Positions 1 to 9,005 of a stretch of 64,000 nucleotides of DNA are shown one piece after another. Origin of the DNA: a virus; the IMG/VR virus record IMGVR_UViG_3300046507_000282, positions 29,888 to 93,887 of that record; one strand, given 5' to 3'. How positions within the stretch are numbered: position 1 is the stretch's first letter; every line of letters starts with the position of its first letter. Below the pieces are notes generated by a model. The model was not told the DNA's origin and did no database searches. It worked only from the letters and a program-made list of their open reading frames with translations. The position numbers and the translations under genes were made by a program.

Positions 1-160
1 GAACGCCTCGAAGGCGTCGTTGAGATGCGCCCGGCGCGCAGCAGCACTCAAGCGCCGCATCCCGGACCGGCTCACTTCAATGCCGGTAGCGGTCAGTTCC
101 CCGCGCCGATCATGCGCGACCGCAGCGCGACCGCCTAACCACGCACAAGGGAGCGCGACC

Positions 161-445
161 ATGAATGGACGCCGCAGAGAACAATTCAAGGGCATCTATC
201 CCGGCCCATACCGCGCACGGGAGCGCACCAAGTCGGATATCGCCGTGACGGCGGAAGGCCCGGAAGGTCCGGTTGTCGTTGGCCGCTTCTACGCGACCAA
301 GTCGATTGACGCAGAGGCACAGGCGCGGGCGTACGCAGCGCTGCCTGACCTTCTCAATGCGCTTCGTGCCGTCCACTTGGCAATGCATCCTGACGTGCGC
401 CTGCGCGAACAGGTTTGGGATGCACTCGAAAAGGCGGGGCTCTAA
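161..445 (+). CDS. Hypothetical phage protein
   Basis: AAGGGAG RBS before ATG 161; C-terminal 'AQARAYAALPDLLNAL' resembles the common phage 'ANARLIAAAPDLL' motif. Confidence 0.7.
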   Translation: MNGRRREQFKGIYPGPYRARERTKSDIAVTAEGPEGPVVVGRFYATKSIDAEAQARAYAALPDLLNALRAVHLAMHPDVRLREQVWDALEKAGL

Positions 446-666
446 TGGCGCTGCACGGCTGCCACAACTTGCCGCGCGAAGGAAAGCCGTTGCTCGTACA
501 GGACGGCTGGACTGTCGTAGGGAACAACTACAACTTCATGACGCATGAGCACTTCACCACGCGCAAGCCCGTCATGGTCGAAATCCCGTTCGTGAATTCA
601 ATCGATTGCAGGCACGACAAGCGTTTGACCGATCCCGGCTGTACCGATTGCACCCATGCAAAGTAA
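445..666 (+). CDS. Hypothetical Cys/His-containing phage protein
   Basis: TAATG coupling with upstream stop; C-terminal CRH...CTDC. Confidence 0.7.
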   Translation: MALHGCHNLPREGKPLLVQDGWTVVGNNYNFMTHEHFTTRKPVMVEIPFVNSIDCRHDKRLTDPGCTDCTHAK

Positions 667-1285
667 TCAGCGAAGCATCTACATGCGCGGCCTGTTCGAC
701 GGGCTTCGCGAAGGAATGAGCAAGGAAATGACGCCGAAGAAGTTCAAGTTGACGCTCGACGGTATGAGCGCGATCTGCATCAAACTTTTCGATCACGTTC
801 CGATTCAGGAGGCGTGGACGGCTAATCAAATCACGACCGCCATGCGCCGCCAGGCTGGCACGTCGCCCGACCTGAAAACGGTCACCGGCTGCCTCAACAG
901 CCTGAAGGAAGCCGGGCTCGTCAAAGAGACTGAGCGCGGCCTGTTCCGCCAGGTAGTGCCTCGCGAGACGCCCGCGCCCATTGGCGAGCACATCGCCAGC
1001 CTGCCGAAGGTTCCGATCACGGCGTCACCGTCATTCACTGGCACTCTGACGACCACCGCAATCGCCGAGCGCCCCGAACCCCTCTGGACCCCGGCGCTGG
1101 CACGCGAAGCGAGCCCGGCGCAAACATTCGGCGTAATTGCCGATGGATTACGTATCCAAGCCGCAGGGCTCTTGAAGAAGGCGGATGAAATGGATGCTGC
1201 TGCGCTCGCGTTCGAGCAGCAGATCGAAGACGCGAACAAGCGCCTCGAACGCTTCAACCAACTGAAAGCGCTTCTCGCATCCTAA
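656..1285 (+). CDS. Hypothetical protein, possible winged-helix domain plus C-terminal coiled coil
   Basis: 'WTANQI...TVTGCLNSLKEAGLVKE' wHTH-like pattern; overlaps upstream stop. Confidence 0.65.
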   Translation: MQSNQRSIYMRGLFDGLREGMSKEMTPKKFKLTLDGMSAICIKLFDHVPIQEAWTANQITTAMRRQAGTSPDLKTVTGCLNSLKEAGLVKETERGLFRQVVPRETPAPIGEHIASLPKVPITASPSFTGTLTTTAIAERPEPLWTPALAREASPAQTFGVIADGLRIQAAGLLKKADEMDAAALAFEQQIEDANKRLERFNQLKALLAS

Positions 1286-1335
1286 GCGCGTAGGGCTCCC
1301 CGGCCACTTACCCATATTCAACAAGGATTTCAAGC

Positions 1336-2070
1336 ATGACGAATGAACTGAAAGAAGCGAACCCGGCACCGTGGACGCGCATTCAAGAGCCGACTATCAC
1401 GCCCGGAAAATACGGCGGAGAGCGCGAAACGAAGTACGAACACCCCGCGTACGGCATGATCGGCGCGTCGCGCGTGAGCGGTGGAACGATGCTCTATGGA
1501 TCGGACTTCCAACACAACTCGTTCATTCGAATCACCGTGCGCGAGTCCTACCTGAAGCGCGGCCTTTCGACTGATTGGCCCCACGGCCATGACGAACTTA
1601 TCGAACTCGACGTGAGCGAGGCGCAGTGGGCCCAGTTCGTAAGCGCTATGAATGTCGGATTCGGCGTCCAATGCACGCTGCGCCATGTGCAAGGCGAGTT
1701 CCGCCCCGGTCTGCCAAAGCCAGCGAGCCGCGTCGATCAATTTGCAGGCGAAGCCAAGGCGAAGCTCACCCGCGCGCTTGACGAACTCACGGCGCTCCAC
1801 AGCGCGATTGACGAACTCAAACTGAGCGAGAAGCAGAAGAACGCGCTGAAGTCCCATGTTCAGCAGGCCCGCCAGCAGTTCACAAGCAATCTTCCATTCG
1901 TGTTGCAGCAGTTCAAGGAACACATGGAAGAAACGGTTCACAAGGCGCGCACAGAAGTGAATGCCTATGCGGTCCACGCTCTCATGAAAACCGGCCTAGC
2001 CGCGCTTCCTGACGGCGGACAAAGCCTCAAGATGCTGCACTCTGAATCGTCAGAAACCGATAAGGAATAA
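1336..2070 (+). CDS. Hypothetical phage protein
   Basis: AAGGA RBS, 244-aa ORF. Confidence 0.8.
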   Translation: MTNELKEANPAPWTRIQEPTITPGKYGGERETKYEHPAYGMIGASRVSGGTMLYGSDFQHNSFIRITVRESYLKRGLSTDWPHGHDELIELDVSEAQWAQFVSAMNVGFGVQCTLRHVQGEFRPGLPKPASRVDQFAGEAKAKLTRALDELTALHSAIDELKLSEKQKNALKSHVQQARQQFTSNLPFVLQQFKEHMEETVHKARTEVNAYAVHALMKTGLAALPDGGQSLKMLHSESSETDKE

Positions 2071-2077
2071 GGCTTTT

Positions 2078-2332
2078 ATGGCAACCCGCCTCGACCTCAC
2101 GAAATGCCCCATCGCCGGCATCAAGCGCAAGGCGCGCGAGATTCTCGACGCGGTCGCGGGCGGCACTCACCCGCTGAAACTCGGCGGCCAGACACTCGAA
2201 TCGACCGAGAGCACCGTGATATCGGTTCCGGTCGGCCTGCGGTTCCGGCTGCTGTTCAGAGCGCGCACGCTTGAACCGTTCGATTTCATGACTCACGAGC
2301 AGTACAACAAATTCATCCGCAGTCGTCGTTAA
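2078..2332 (+). CDS. ParE/RelE-like toxin-fold protein
   Basis: 84 aa, basic; 'ISVPVGLRFRLLF...FMTHEQYN' pattern resembles phage ParE-like proteins. Confidence 0.55.
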   Translation: MATRLDLTKCPIAGIKRKAREILDAVAGGTHPLKLGGQTLESTESTVISVPVGLRFRLLFRARTLEPFDFMTHEQYNKFIRSRR

Positions 2333-2359
2333 AACCCTTATTCAACAAGGAATTCAAGC

Positions 2360-2932
2360 ATGTCCAACATCATCGATCTGTCCGCAGCAACGCCCGCGAC
2401 GCGCAACGCCGTCGGCGAGGCCGCGCACGACGCGCAACTGCAGCAGACCGTGCTGGCGCAAATGCTCAGCCTCATCAACATGAGCAAGACGAGCCTGCCC
2501 GCGCTTCAACTGCAGGCCATCGAGCTTCTGCAAACGGAAGGGATCGCCGTGGCCGTCGAATTCCTGGCGCAGAAATGCGACCTCGAAGGAAACGAATGGG
2601 TCAAGCTGATCCGCTCGCAGATCGTGGCCGCTCACGCCAAGGGCGCGGCGGATGCAGAGGCCGCCTACCAGGCGCAGCAGGAAGCCGCTGCAGCCGCTCC
2701 TGCGCCCGCGCCGAGTACCGATGGATACCTCAACGTTTCCGTTGGCTTCGCACCGACTGCAACCGCCGAGAACGCAGGCGCGATCCGCACGGCTCTGCTT
2801 CTGGCGTTTGTACAGGTCTCTCAGCAGTTCCCCGATAGCGTCATCGAACCGGAAACGGCGCGCATCGCGGAGACATGGCTGCCGACTGAAGACGAGGGCG
2901 ACGATTGCGAGGAAGGCAGCCGCCCGGCGTAA
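2360..2932 (+). CDS. Hypothetical protein
   Basis: RBS within the repeat; followed by a terminator. Confidence 0.75.
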   Translation: MSNIIDLSAATPATRNAVGEAAHDAQLQQTVLAQMLSLINMSKTSLPALQLQAIELLQTEGIAVAVEFLAQKCDLEGNEWVKLIRSQIVAAHAKGAADAEAAYQAQQEAAAAAPAPAPSTDGYLNVSVGFAPTATAENAGAIRTALLLAFVQVSQQFPDSVIEPETARIAETWLPTEDEGDDCEEGSRPA

Positions 2933-2954
2933 CCCGACCGCTCCCCAGCACCAC

Positions 2955-2975
2955 CCCGCTTAGGCGGGTTTTTTT
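2955..2975 (+). terminator. Intrinsic terminator
   Basis: CCCGC-TTAG-GCGGG followed by T8. Confidence 0.85.
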
Positions 2976-3000
2976 GCGTCCGCTTGTCTGTAAATTTCTC

Positions 3001-3046
3001 TTGTCTTCTGCGCTACACGCAGATACTATTCTTTCGTTGCAGCAGA
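3001..3046 (+). promoter_or_regulatory. Sigma70 promoter with two 17-bp operators
   Basis: TTGTCT-17-TACTAT; the spacer is TCTGCGCTACACGCAGA (3007-3023); second site TCTTT-N7-GCAGA at 3030-3046. Confidence 0.8.
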
Positions 3047-3073
3047 TTCCCTTTACCTACCGAGGTTTTCGCC

Positions 3074-3244
3074 ATGAGCACCAGCAGACAGAACTACCGC
3101 ATCACCTTCGCGTCCCAAAATTTCGACGCGATGGCAGCCGTGGATGTGAAGGCTTACGACGAAGCCCATGCGATCCGTCTGGCGGAATCTGCGCTGCATC
3201 CCGACTTCAACCCCCAACTTCACCATATCGAATTGCTCGCCTGA
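3074..3244 (+). CDS. Small hypothetical protein
   Basis: GAGG RBS, first gene after the promoter. Confidence 0.65.
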   Translation: MSTSRQNYRITFASQNFDAMAAVDVKAYDEAHAIRLAESALHPDFNPQLHHIELLA

Positions 3245-3245
3245 C

Positions 3246-4250
3246 ATGAAAGACTCAGACATCCAAGCCGTGGCGCTTAAGCACGGCCTGCCCATGACTC
3301 ACGCATATGACCACCCGTGGGCGTACACCGACCAGGTTATGGCCTTTGGCCGAGAACTCGCTGGCGATACGCCGCCGCGCCGCGTGTTTCCGCCGCTCCC
3401 CCTGTCCGTGTTCGAGCATCCGAAGCTCGGCGAAATGTGGATGCGCTTTGACCTGCACTCGTATGCCGAGCGCCACGCGCGCAATGTGCAGGACGAACTC
3501 GACGCACTGAAGAACGCCGCGCGCACCGTGCTCGCAAACGGCACGCAGCACGACGTTGGCGGCGGAGACGTATTCCTTAGCACGTGTGACTCGACGGAAG
3601 CGCTACAGCGCGCGTGCGACTGTGCCGAGGGCAAGATTTTCAGCGACGTGGAACCCGATGGCTCGACGTGCCCGGCATGCACAGCTATTCACGAGATCGG
3701 CGGTCGCATGGTCTCCCGCATCGAAGCGCCGAAAGGCTTCAGGGTCCGCACCGTATCGGAAGGTCTCGGCGTCACGCTCGTTATCGTTGAGCCATCAGTG
3801 CCAGCCATTGAGTGCGCGGCACGCAAGCAAGGCACCGCAGGCGGCAACGCGCCCGCCGATTGCGACTGGCCCGGCTGCGACTGCGATCCGGAAGCAGGAA
3901 AGGTTATCGAAGCGTTGCTCGAACAGCACAACGTCGCCACGACGTTCGCGCAGCGTGACGTGTTGCGTGAGCGCAGCGAGCAAGGCACTCGCGAGGGATT
4001 CGGCCCGGCGCATGACGACGCGCACCGCCCCGGCGTTCTCTCCAAGGCTGCGGCAGCGTACGCGCTCGCTGCGAGCGACGAACTGACGGGCGGCGCTGGT
4101 GGGTTCTTCCGGATGCCGTCCCGCATGTGGCCTTTCTCCATGACCTGGTGGAAGCCGAAGAACCCGCGCACAGCGATGGTGAAGGCTGCCGCACTCCTGA
4201 TCGCCGAAATCGAGAAGATCGACCGCGCAGACGCGCAAAGGACCAAGTAA
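3246..4250 (+). CDS. Multi-domain phage accessory protein
   Basis: C-terminal 'DVLRERSEQ..EGF...HDD...WPF...WWKP...VKAAALLIAEIEKIDR' is a widespread phage domain. Confidence 0.75.
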   Translation: MKDSDIQAVALKHGLPMTHAYDHPWAYTDQVMAFGRELAGDTPPRRVFPPLPLSVFEHPKLGEMWMRFDLHSYAERHARNVQDELDALKNAARTVLANGTQHDVGGGDVFLSTCDSTEALQRACDCAEGKIFSDVEPDGSTCPACTAIHEIGGRMVSRIEAPKGFRVRTVSEGLGVTLVIVEPSVPAIECAARKQGTAGGNAPADCDWPGCDCDPEAGKVIEALLEQHNVATTFAQRDVLRERSEQGTREGFGPAHDDAHRPGVLSKAAAAYALAASDELTGGAGGFFRMPSRMWPFSMTWWKPKNPRTAMVKAAALLIAEIEKIDRADAQRTK

Positions 4251-5011
4251 TGAACACTGAAAAATATTTCGATGAATGGCTGCACCGCGAATACGGACTC
4301 ACGCCGAATTCAGCCAAGCGCGCGTCGTTTGGCCTGAGCGGGCTTATGGCCGCATGGCATGCCGCGCCCGGCGAGCGGTTCCAAGCGCGCGTCGCGCCGT
4401 GGATGCTTGCGTGCTTCGGCGAAATAATCGCGGGCGACCGCGAGGAGCGAAATCACCGCTTCATTGAAGAGGCGCTCGAACTGATTCAGGCATGCGGATG
4501 CAGCGCGAGCGAGGCGCATCAGCTTGTCGATTACGTGTTCAATCGTCCGGTCGGCGAGCCGCACCAGGAAGTCGGCGGCGTCATGGTCACGCTGGCCGCG
4601 CTGTGCCTCGCGAATGATCTTGATATGCACGCGCATGCCGAAACCGAACTGGCCCGCGTGTGGACGAAGGTCGAAGCCATCCGTGCCAAGCAGGCAGCGA
4701 AGCCGAAGTATTCCGCGCTCCCGATTGCGCCACCGAAGTTCCTGTTCGTTGCAATGGACGACGACAAGCGCGGCCATCAGACCTACTGCGCCGACGAAGC
4801 CGCCGTGCGTGTAGCCGTGCGCAATGCGATCTATTTCGGCGACGCCGAGCTTACGCCAGAAGGCAATGAGGAAGTGGCCGGCATCACTGACGACCTGATC
4901 GAATGCGGCGCGCATCACTTCGAAGGCGACGCGCCTCTCTACCTGTTCCGCCTGCCCGATCCGGTCGGCGACGAATCGCACCACTCGAACCTGAATGGGG
5001 GATCGCTGTGA
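4250..5011 (+). CDS. MazG-like nucleotide pyrophosphohydrolase domain protein
   Basis: 'RFIEEALEL...QEVGGVMVTLAAL' EExxE/ExxG pattern of the all-alpha NTP-PPase fold. Confidence 0.6.
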   Translation: MNTEKYFDEWLHREYGLTPNSAKRASFGLSGLMAAWHAAPGERFQARVAPWMLACFGEIIAGDREERNHRFIEEALELIQACGCSASEAHQLVDYVFNRPVGEPHQEVGGVMVTLAALCLANDLDMHAHAETELARVWTKVEAIRAKQAAKPKYSALPIAPPKFLFVAMDDDKRGHQTYCADEAAVRVAVRNAIYFGDAELTPEGNEEVAGITDDLIECGAHHFEGDAPLYLFRLPDPVGDESHHSNLNGGSL

Positions 5012-5451
5012 GCGAACTGATCCCTGAACGCGTGCTCGACAAGCTCTGGCAGGGCGCGTTCCTGTCCTCGTATCACCCTGAAGGCGACCAGCGCTTCAAG
5101 CTGCTGAATTATGGTCGCGCCGTGGTCGCCGAGACCATCGCGCGCATTCCTAGCGGCTGGCATACCGGCAACCCCGACATCCCGAAGGGCACCGAGTGCG
5201 AATTCATCGTGGCCGTGCTCCGCAAGCATCGCAGCAAGCCGTTCGTGTTCTCCGCTCAATACGCGAATGAGTACACCGACGACGACAGCATTGAAGACCG
5301 CGACGGCAAAGCGCTCACGTTGAGCGGCTGGTATCTCTGCGGTCTCGACATGAGCGGCGAGTTCAATAACGTGTACGAAAAACTGACGATCAACGAAGGC
5401 GACGAGATCGTTGGCTGGCAGCCGCTCCCGACATGGGGCGAACCAGCATGA
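5008..5451 (+). CDS. Hypothetical protein (DUF551-like C-terminus)
   Basis: GTGA overlap; ends 'IVGWQPLP'. Confidence 0.65.
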   Translation: MSELIPERVLDKLWQGAFLSSYHPEGDQRFKLLNYGRAVVAETIARIPSGWHTGNPDIPKGTECEFIVAVLRKHRSKPFVFSAQYANEYTDDDSIEDRDGKALTLSGWYLCGLDMSGEFNNVYEKLTINEGDEIVGWQPLPTWGEPA

Positions 5452-5813
5452 GCAAGTTCGCAGTCCTCTTCCGCTGCAAGGAAGTACTCGTGCATGAGTC
5501 TCTGCGCAACTCCCGCGTCGATCCCGTAATGACGAAGGCTGGCATGCTCGCCTGGCTTGTCGATAGCGAAGGTTACTGGTGTGGCGAAACTTTCAGCGAG
5601 TACGGACGCAGGACGGACAGGAAAAATATCCCGCACAACGTCGTCACGTTCGAGTCGCGTGAGAAGGCCGAAAAGAAGTGGCCGCCGTTCATGCGAGGAG
5701 AAAGCCACGGAACCATCGGCCCGTGGTGGATCGACCCCGATGGCTGGTACGAGATTGTCGAAATTAAACCGAAGTTCAAACAAGTCCCCGACGGATACGA
5801 GGAAGTGAAATGA
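5448..5813 (+). CDS. Hypothetical protein
   Basis: ATGA overlap coupling. Confidence 0.65.
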   Translation: MSKFAVLFRCKEVLVHESLRNSRVDPVMTKAGMLAWLVDSEGYWCGETFSEYGRRTDRKNIPHNVVTFESREKAEKKWPPFMRGESHGTIGPWWIDPDGWYEIVEIKPKFKQVPDGYEEVK

Positions 5814-6106
5814 ACGTCGAAATGCCGAAGTTTCTCGGCTGCCCGTTTTGCGGGAATCAGCCAAAGATCGAGATTCAAGAGCCCGTTGAATACGACACGC
5901 GCGGCGTATGGGTATGGCTTCGCTGCAACTGCTTCGAAGTCCCGCAGCACAAGGGCGTCAATCGCTCGACGCATCGCCGCGAGAACTATCCGCACGGCGA
6001 AGAGACCCGCTACCGCACCAACGAAGCGGCGGCGCAGGATGCACTTAACGACATGGCGCGCTATTGGAACACCCGCGCGCCGATCAACAACGAGGCAGCG
6101 AAGTGA
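5810..6106 (+). CDS. Lar-like (restriction alleviation) zinc-finger protein
   Basis: 'CPFCG...CNC...WNTR' signature. Confidence 0.6.
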   Translation: MNVEMPKFLGCPFCGNQPKIEIQEPVEYDTRGVWVWLRCNCFEVPQHKGVNRSTHRRENYPHGEETRYRTNEAAAQDALNDMARYWNTRAPINNEAAK

Positions 6107-6522
6107 GCGACACCCTGAAGAAACCGAACAGCATCCCGGCAGCAATCGCGGCCATCCGCACGCTTGAGGCAGCGGGCTACACCTACAACGAAGGCGCGAG
6201 CCTTTGGAGGCCGCCGCTTGGCAAGCGTCCGGACTTCACGAAAAGCCTGCTCGCGCGCCAGGTTGAGAACGGCAATTACTGGGTCTACCAAGGCGACGGA
6301 GAAGACCACCTTGAAAGCCTGACGTGCCCCGTGATCATCAATCCGATGCGCCTGAAGGGCGCAATCGACAACTGCAATGCGTACGGAATTGCGCTGCAGA
6401 AGATCGGCTCGGCGCTGGACATCATGCCCGGCGAGGACATTGGTGAAGTAGCACTGAAGGCCGTCCTGAAAATTAAGTCCGCGCGCCACAACGCAACGCT
6501 CGCCGACGCAGGGGGCGTTTGA
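6103..6522 (+). CDS. Hypothetical protein
   Basis: GTGA overlap coupling. Confidence 0.65.
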   Translation: MSDTLKKPNSIPAAIAAIRTLEAAGYTYNEGASLWRPPLGKRPDFTKSLLARQVENGNYWVYQGDGEDHLESLTCPVIINPMRLKGAIDNCNAYGIALQKIGSALDIMPGEDIGEVALKAVLKIKSARHNATLADAGGV

Positions 6523-6779
6523 TGAAATACATCGTCGCCTCCCTAAAAGGCAAGGAAATGATGTTCGTGTTTCCGCGCAGCATCGACCACGACAAAATGT
6601 ATGAGGCTATCGGCGCGATCCGCGTGGGCACAGATCGCGACTGGTCCCGCGACTTCCGCGGCGGCGAAGCAGTCTCGGCCGGCTTCATCGATGGCGGCGT
6701 GTGCCATGGCCGCAGCGAAACCCTTAACCTCGATTCGCGCGGCGCTGCAGATGCCGCGCTGCTGCGTGGAGTTCAGTAA
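6522..6779 (+). CDS. Hypothetical phage protein
   Basis: 'MKYIV...FP..IDH...VSAGF....CHGRSETLNLDSR' pattern; coupled start. Confidence 0.7.
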   Translation: MKYIVASLKGKEMMFVFPRSIDHDKMYEAIGAIRVGTDRDWSRDFRGGEAVSAGFIDGGVCHGRSETLNLDSRGAADAALLRGVQ

Positions 6780-7195
6780 TGCAAATCCGCACGGCAACGC
6801 AGGCCGATTACGAAGGCTGGACGCAAATGGTCTCCGACTACGTGCCCGCCGCCGCGAGTAGCTGCCCGCGCGCCTGGGCCCGCTTCAATGCGCCGAACCC
6901 GAAAGATTTCTGCGTGGTGGCGATTGAAGACGGCCAGCCGGTCGCGTTCATGCAGTACACGTTCCACGACTTCCCGTTTGCCACCAAGCCGATCTGCTAC
7001 ATGGATTCGCTCTACACGCGCCCCGAGTATCGCGGTCAGGGCATCGCGAGCGCGCTGCTCGGCTATCTGACGAGCATGGCGGCCATGAATGGCTGGGGTC
7101 GTGTGTACTGGGTAACCGAGACAAACAACCCGGCCCGCCCGCTCTACGACAAGATCGCGGCGAGCGGTTTCGTCCGCTATAACGTGGATCTCTAA
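6779..7195 (+). CDS. GNAT family N-acetyltransferase
   Basis: 'LYTRPEYRGQGIASALL' acetyl-CoA motif A; 'NNPARPLYDK' motif B. Confidence 0.9.
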   Translation: MQIRTATQADYEGWTQMVSDYVPAAASSCPRAWARFNAPNPKDFCVVAIEDGQPVAFMQYTFHDFPFATKPICYMDSLYTRPEYRGQGIASALLGYLTSMAAMNGWGRVYWVTETNNPARPLYDKIAASGFVRYNVDL

Positions 7196-7425
7196 TGCGC
7201 ATCCACATTTCATACGGCCCGGCGCGCAAAAAGCCCATGGTCGGCGACCGCAGGACCACGAAGAAACACGGTGAGCAAATTCGTGTGTTCGAGCGGTCGC
7301 AAGGCTGCTACGTCGTGAGCAACGGACGCCCCTGCTATCAGTGGGTCCCGATCTCCGAAGCAAAGCAGCACATGGCAGACCACCACTGGACGAAAGAGGA
7401 GCGCGAGAAGTATGCCGGTACATGA
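7195..7425 (+). CDS. Hypothetical protein
   Basis: TAATG coupling. Confidence 0.6.
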   Translation: MRIHISYGPARKKPMVGDRRTTKKHGEQIRVFERSQGCYVVSNGRPCYQWVPISEAKQHMADHHWTKEEREKYAGT

Positions 7426-7573
7426 GGACCTGCCTCGTTATAAGGACGTGGCAGCGGCGAAGGGCTCCGAGCTATACGAAGCCCTCGCCATGAATGACCA
7501 AGGCCGTGCAGAGGCCATTTATCAACGCTGTGAGCGTGAATCCGCAGAACTGCTGAAGGACAAGAAGAAATGA
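7412..7573 (+). CDS. Small hypothetical protein (MPVHEDLPRYKDVAAAKGSELYEAL..., 53 aa; not in the ORF track)
   Basis: Translated by hand; fills the gap between coupled genes. Confidence 0.55.
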   Translation: MPVHEDLPRYKDVAAAKGSELYEALAMNDQGRAEAIYQRCERESAELLKDKKK

Positions 7574-7746
7574 TGACCGCGAAAGAACACGCATACCATG
7601 TGAAGCTGCTGAAGCTCATCAACGAGGCCAGCGCCGACGGCGTGACGCTCACGATTGATCTCGAACCGCGCTACCCGCTGGCGGCCGGCCACTACGACAT
7701 GAAGCCCGGCGTCCGCACCCGAGACTACCGCAAGGAAGCGAAGTAA
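7573..7746 (+). CDS. Small hypothetical protein (MTAKEHAYHVKLLKLINEA..., 57 aa; not in the ORF track)
   Basis: TGATG and TAATG coupling at both ends. Confidence 0.6.
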   Translation: MTAKEHAYHVKLLKLINEASADGVTLTIDLEPRYPLAAGHYDMKPGVRTRDYRKEAK

Positions 7747-8093
7747 TGCGCAAGCCGCCACACAATCGCCGTACCGACGAAGAGATTCAGGCCGCGCTGC
7801 TTGCGGCGCTCGAAAAGGAGCCCGGCACGCGTAGCGGTCTCGAAACCCGCGTCAATAGCGGCGGCGATATCGTACTGCGCTCGCTCACTGCCATGCAGGA
7901 TGAAGGCTTAGTCGAAACGTACCGCGCGAGCGTGCAAGGAAGGACGTACGACTTCTATTGCCTCACCGGGCGCTCACCGAAGCCCGTGACGGCCCGCTTT
8001 GACTCGACGTGGGCCGATACACTCGCCGGGTTCCGTAAGGCCGTCCAAGAGGCTGTAAGCGCGGGACGCGATCCGTTCAAGGTGGCGGCGTGA
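7746..8093 (+). CDS. Winged-helix DNA-binding protein
   Basis: 'LLAALEKEPGTRSGLE...VLRSLTAMQDEGLVE' wHTH pattern. Confidence 0.6.
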   Translation: MRKPPHNRRTDEEIQAALLAALEKEPGTRSGLETRVNSGGDIVLRSLTAMQDEGLVETYRASVQGRTYDFYCLTGRSPKPVTARFDSTWADTLAGFRKAVQEAVSAGRDPFKVAA

Positions 8094-8290
8094 ATAAAAC
8101 CAGCGAACGCATGCTCACTGCAATCGCGATGATCCGCGCCGGCGAGAAGGTCACCGCCGCGGCGAAGTTCTCCAAGCTCACGCACGTCGCGATCTACGTT
8201 TCCCCGCTCTACGCTGAGATTTGCGCCGAGCGCCGCGCTGCTGGTATCCCAGTGCGCCACGCGAAACACCGCAAGCGCCCCGCGCCATAA
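8090..8290 (+). CDS. Small HTH-like protein
   Basis: 'AGEKVTAAAKFSKLTHVAIY'. Confidence 0.55.
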   Translation: MNKTSERMLTAIAMIRAGEKVTAAAKFSKLTHVAIYVSPLYAEICAERRAAGIPVRHAKHRKRPAP

Positions 8291-8293
8291 AGC

Positions 8294-8321
8294 AAAAAGC
8301 CCGGTCTCCCCGGGCTTTTTT
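8294..8321. terminator. Bidirectional intrinsic terminator
   Basis: AAAAAGCCCGG-TCTC-CCGGGCTTTTT type hairpin between convergent genes. Confidence 0.85.
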
Positions 8322-8764
8322 CATACTCCTGTACTTCCGAACCCGCCAGACCCGCGCGCCGTTTCCGAAAGATCGATGACCTCCTCGAACTCGATGCTCG
8401 GAATGGGCACGATCATCGCCTGAGCGATGCGATCACCCCCGCTCAACTTTGCGCCGGGCGCATCGCCATCAGCACGCAGCGAGACATGGACTTCGCCGCG
8501 ATAATCGGAGTCGATCACCCCTACCGCATTGGATAGCCGCGTAGCATCCTTGAATCCGTGGCCCGAGCGGCTGAATATCAGCATCACATGGCCGCGCGGA
8601 ACCTCGAACGCCAGACCCGTGCGAAAGATGATCGCGCGCAGGTCGGTAGGATGCGTCTTGAACGGCTCGCCGGGCAACGCGACCAAGTCGAAGCAGCCCG
8701 AGCCATCCGTTGCATACTGCGGCACGACGGCGTGCTCGTTCAGCTTTTTGACTTTGAGCTTCAT
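8321..8764 (-). CDS. dut: dUTPase (trimeric)
   Basis: Motifs GSGCFDL, SRSG, GVIDSDYRGE, RIAQ, RGSGGFGSTG; GAGGA RBS. Confidence 0.95.
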   Translation of the reverse strand: MKLKVKKLNEHAVVPQYATDGSGCFDLVALPGEPFKTHPTDLRAIIFRTGLAFEVPRGHVMLIFSRSGHGFKDATRLSNAVGVIDSDYRGEVHVSLRADGDAPGAKLSGGDRIAQAMIVPIPSIEFEEVIDLSETARGSGGFGSTGV

Positions 8765-8779
8765 TTTCGTCCTCAGAAT

Positions 8780-8806
8780 GAAAAACGCCCGGAATATCCG
8801 GGCGGT
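8780..8806 (-). terminator. Intrinsic terminator closing the tRNA/ncRNA operon
   Basis: Minus strand CGCCCGGA-TAT-TCCGGGCG-TTTTT. Confidence 0.8.
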
Positions 8807-8824
8807 GTTTGAAAGCAATCGTTT

Positions 8825-8893
8825 CTGGTGGCGGCGGGTCGCATGTCCGCATATTTCCACAAGTGGGCTGATCCTTTCGGACGCAACCACCAG
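8825..8893 (-). ncRNA. Mini-cloverleaf structured RNA (putative)
   Basis: CUGGUGG/CCACCAG closing helix around three hairpins (GUCC-GAAA-GGAU; CCAC-UU-GUGG; GCGG-ACAUGCGAC-CCGC). Confidence 0.45.
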
Positions 8894-9005
8894 CAATCAC
8901 ATGCCGCCTTCGTCCTCAGAATGCGAGAGAGGCTGAGTACCCATCAGCGTAGGGTCGGATGGACCGGACTAGCACAAAACTTCCGCCTAGTACCACGGTT
9001 GAATC

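Larger units (their letters stand above)
1316..2362 (+). repeat. 23-bp direct repeat ATTCAACAAGGA(T/A)TTCAAGCATG containing RBS and start codon (1316-1338 and 2340-2362)
   Basis: 22/23 identical, read directly. Confidence 0.85.
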
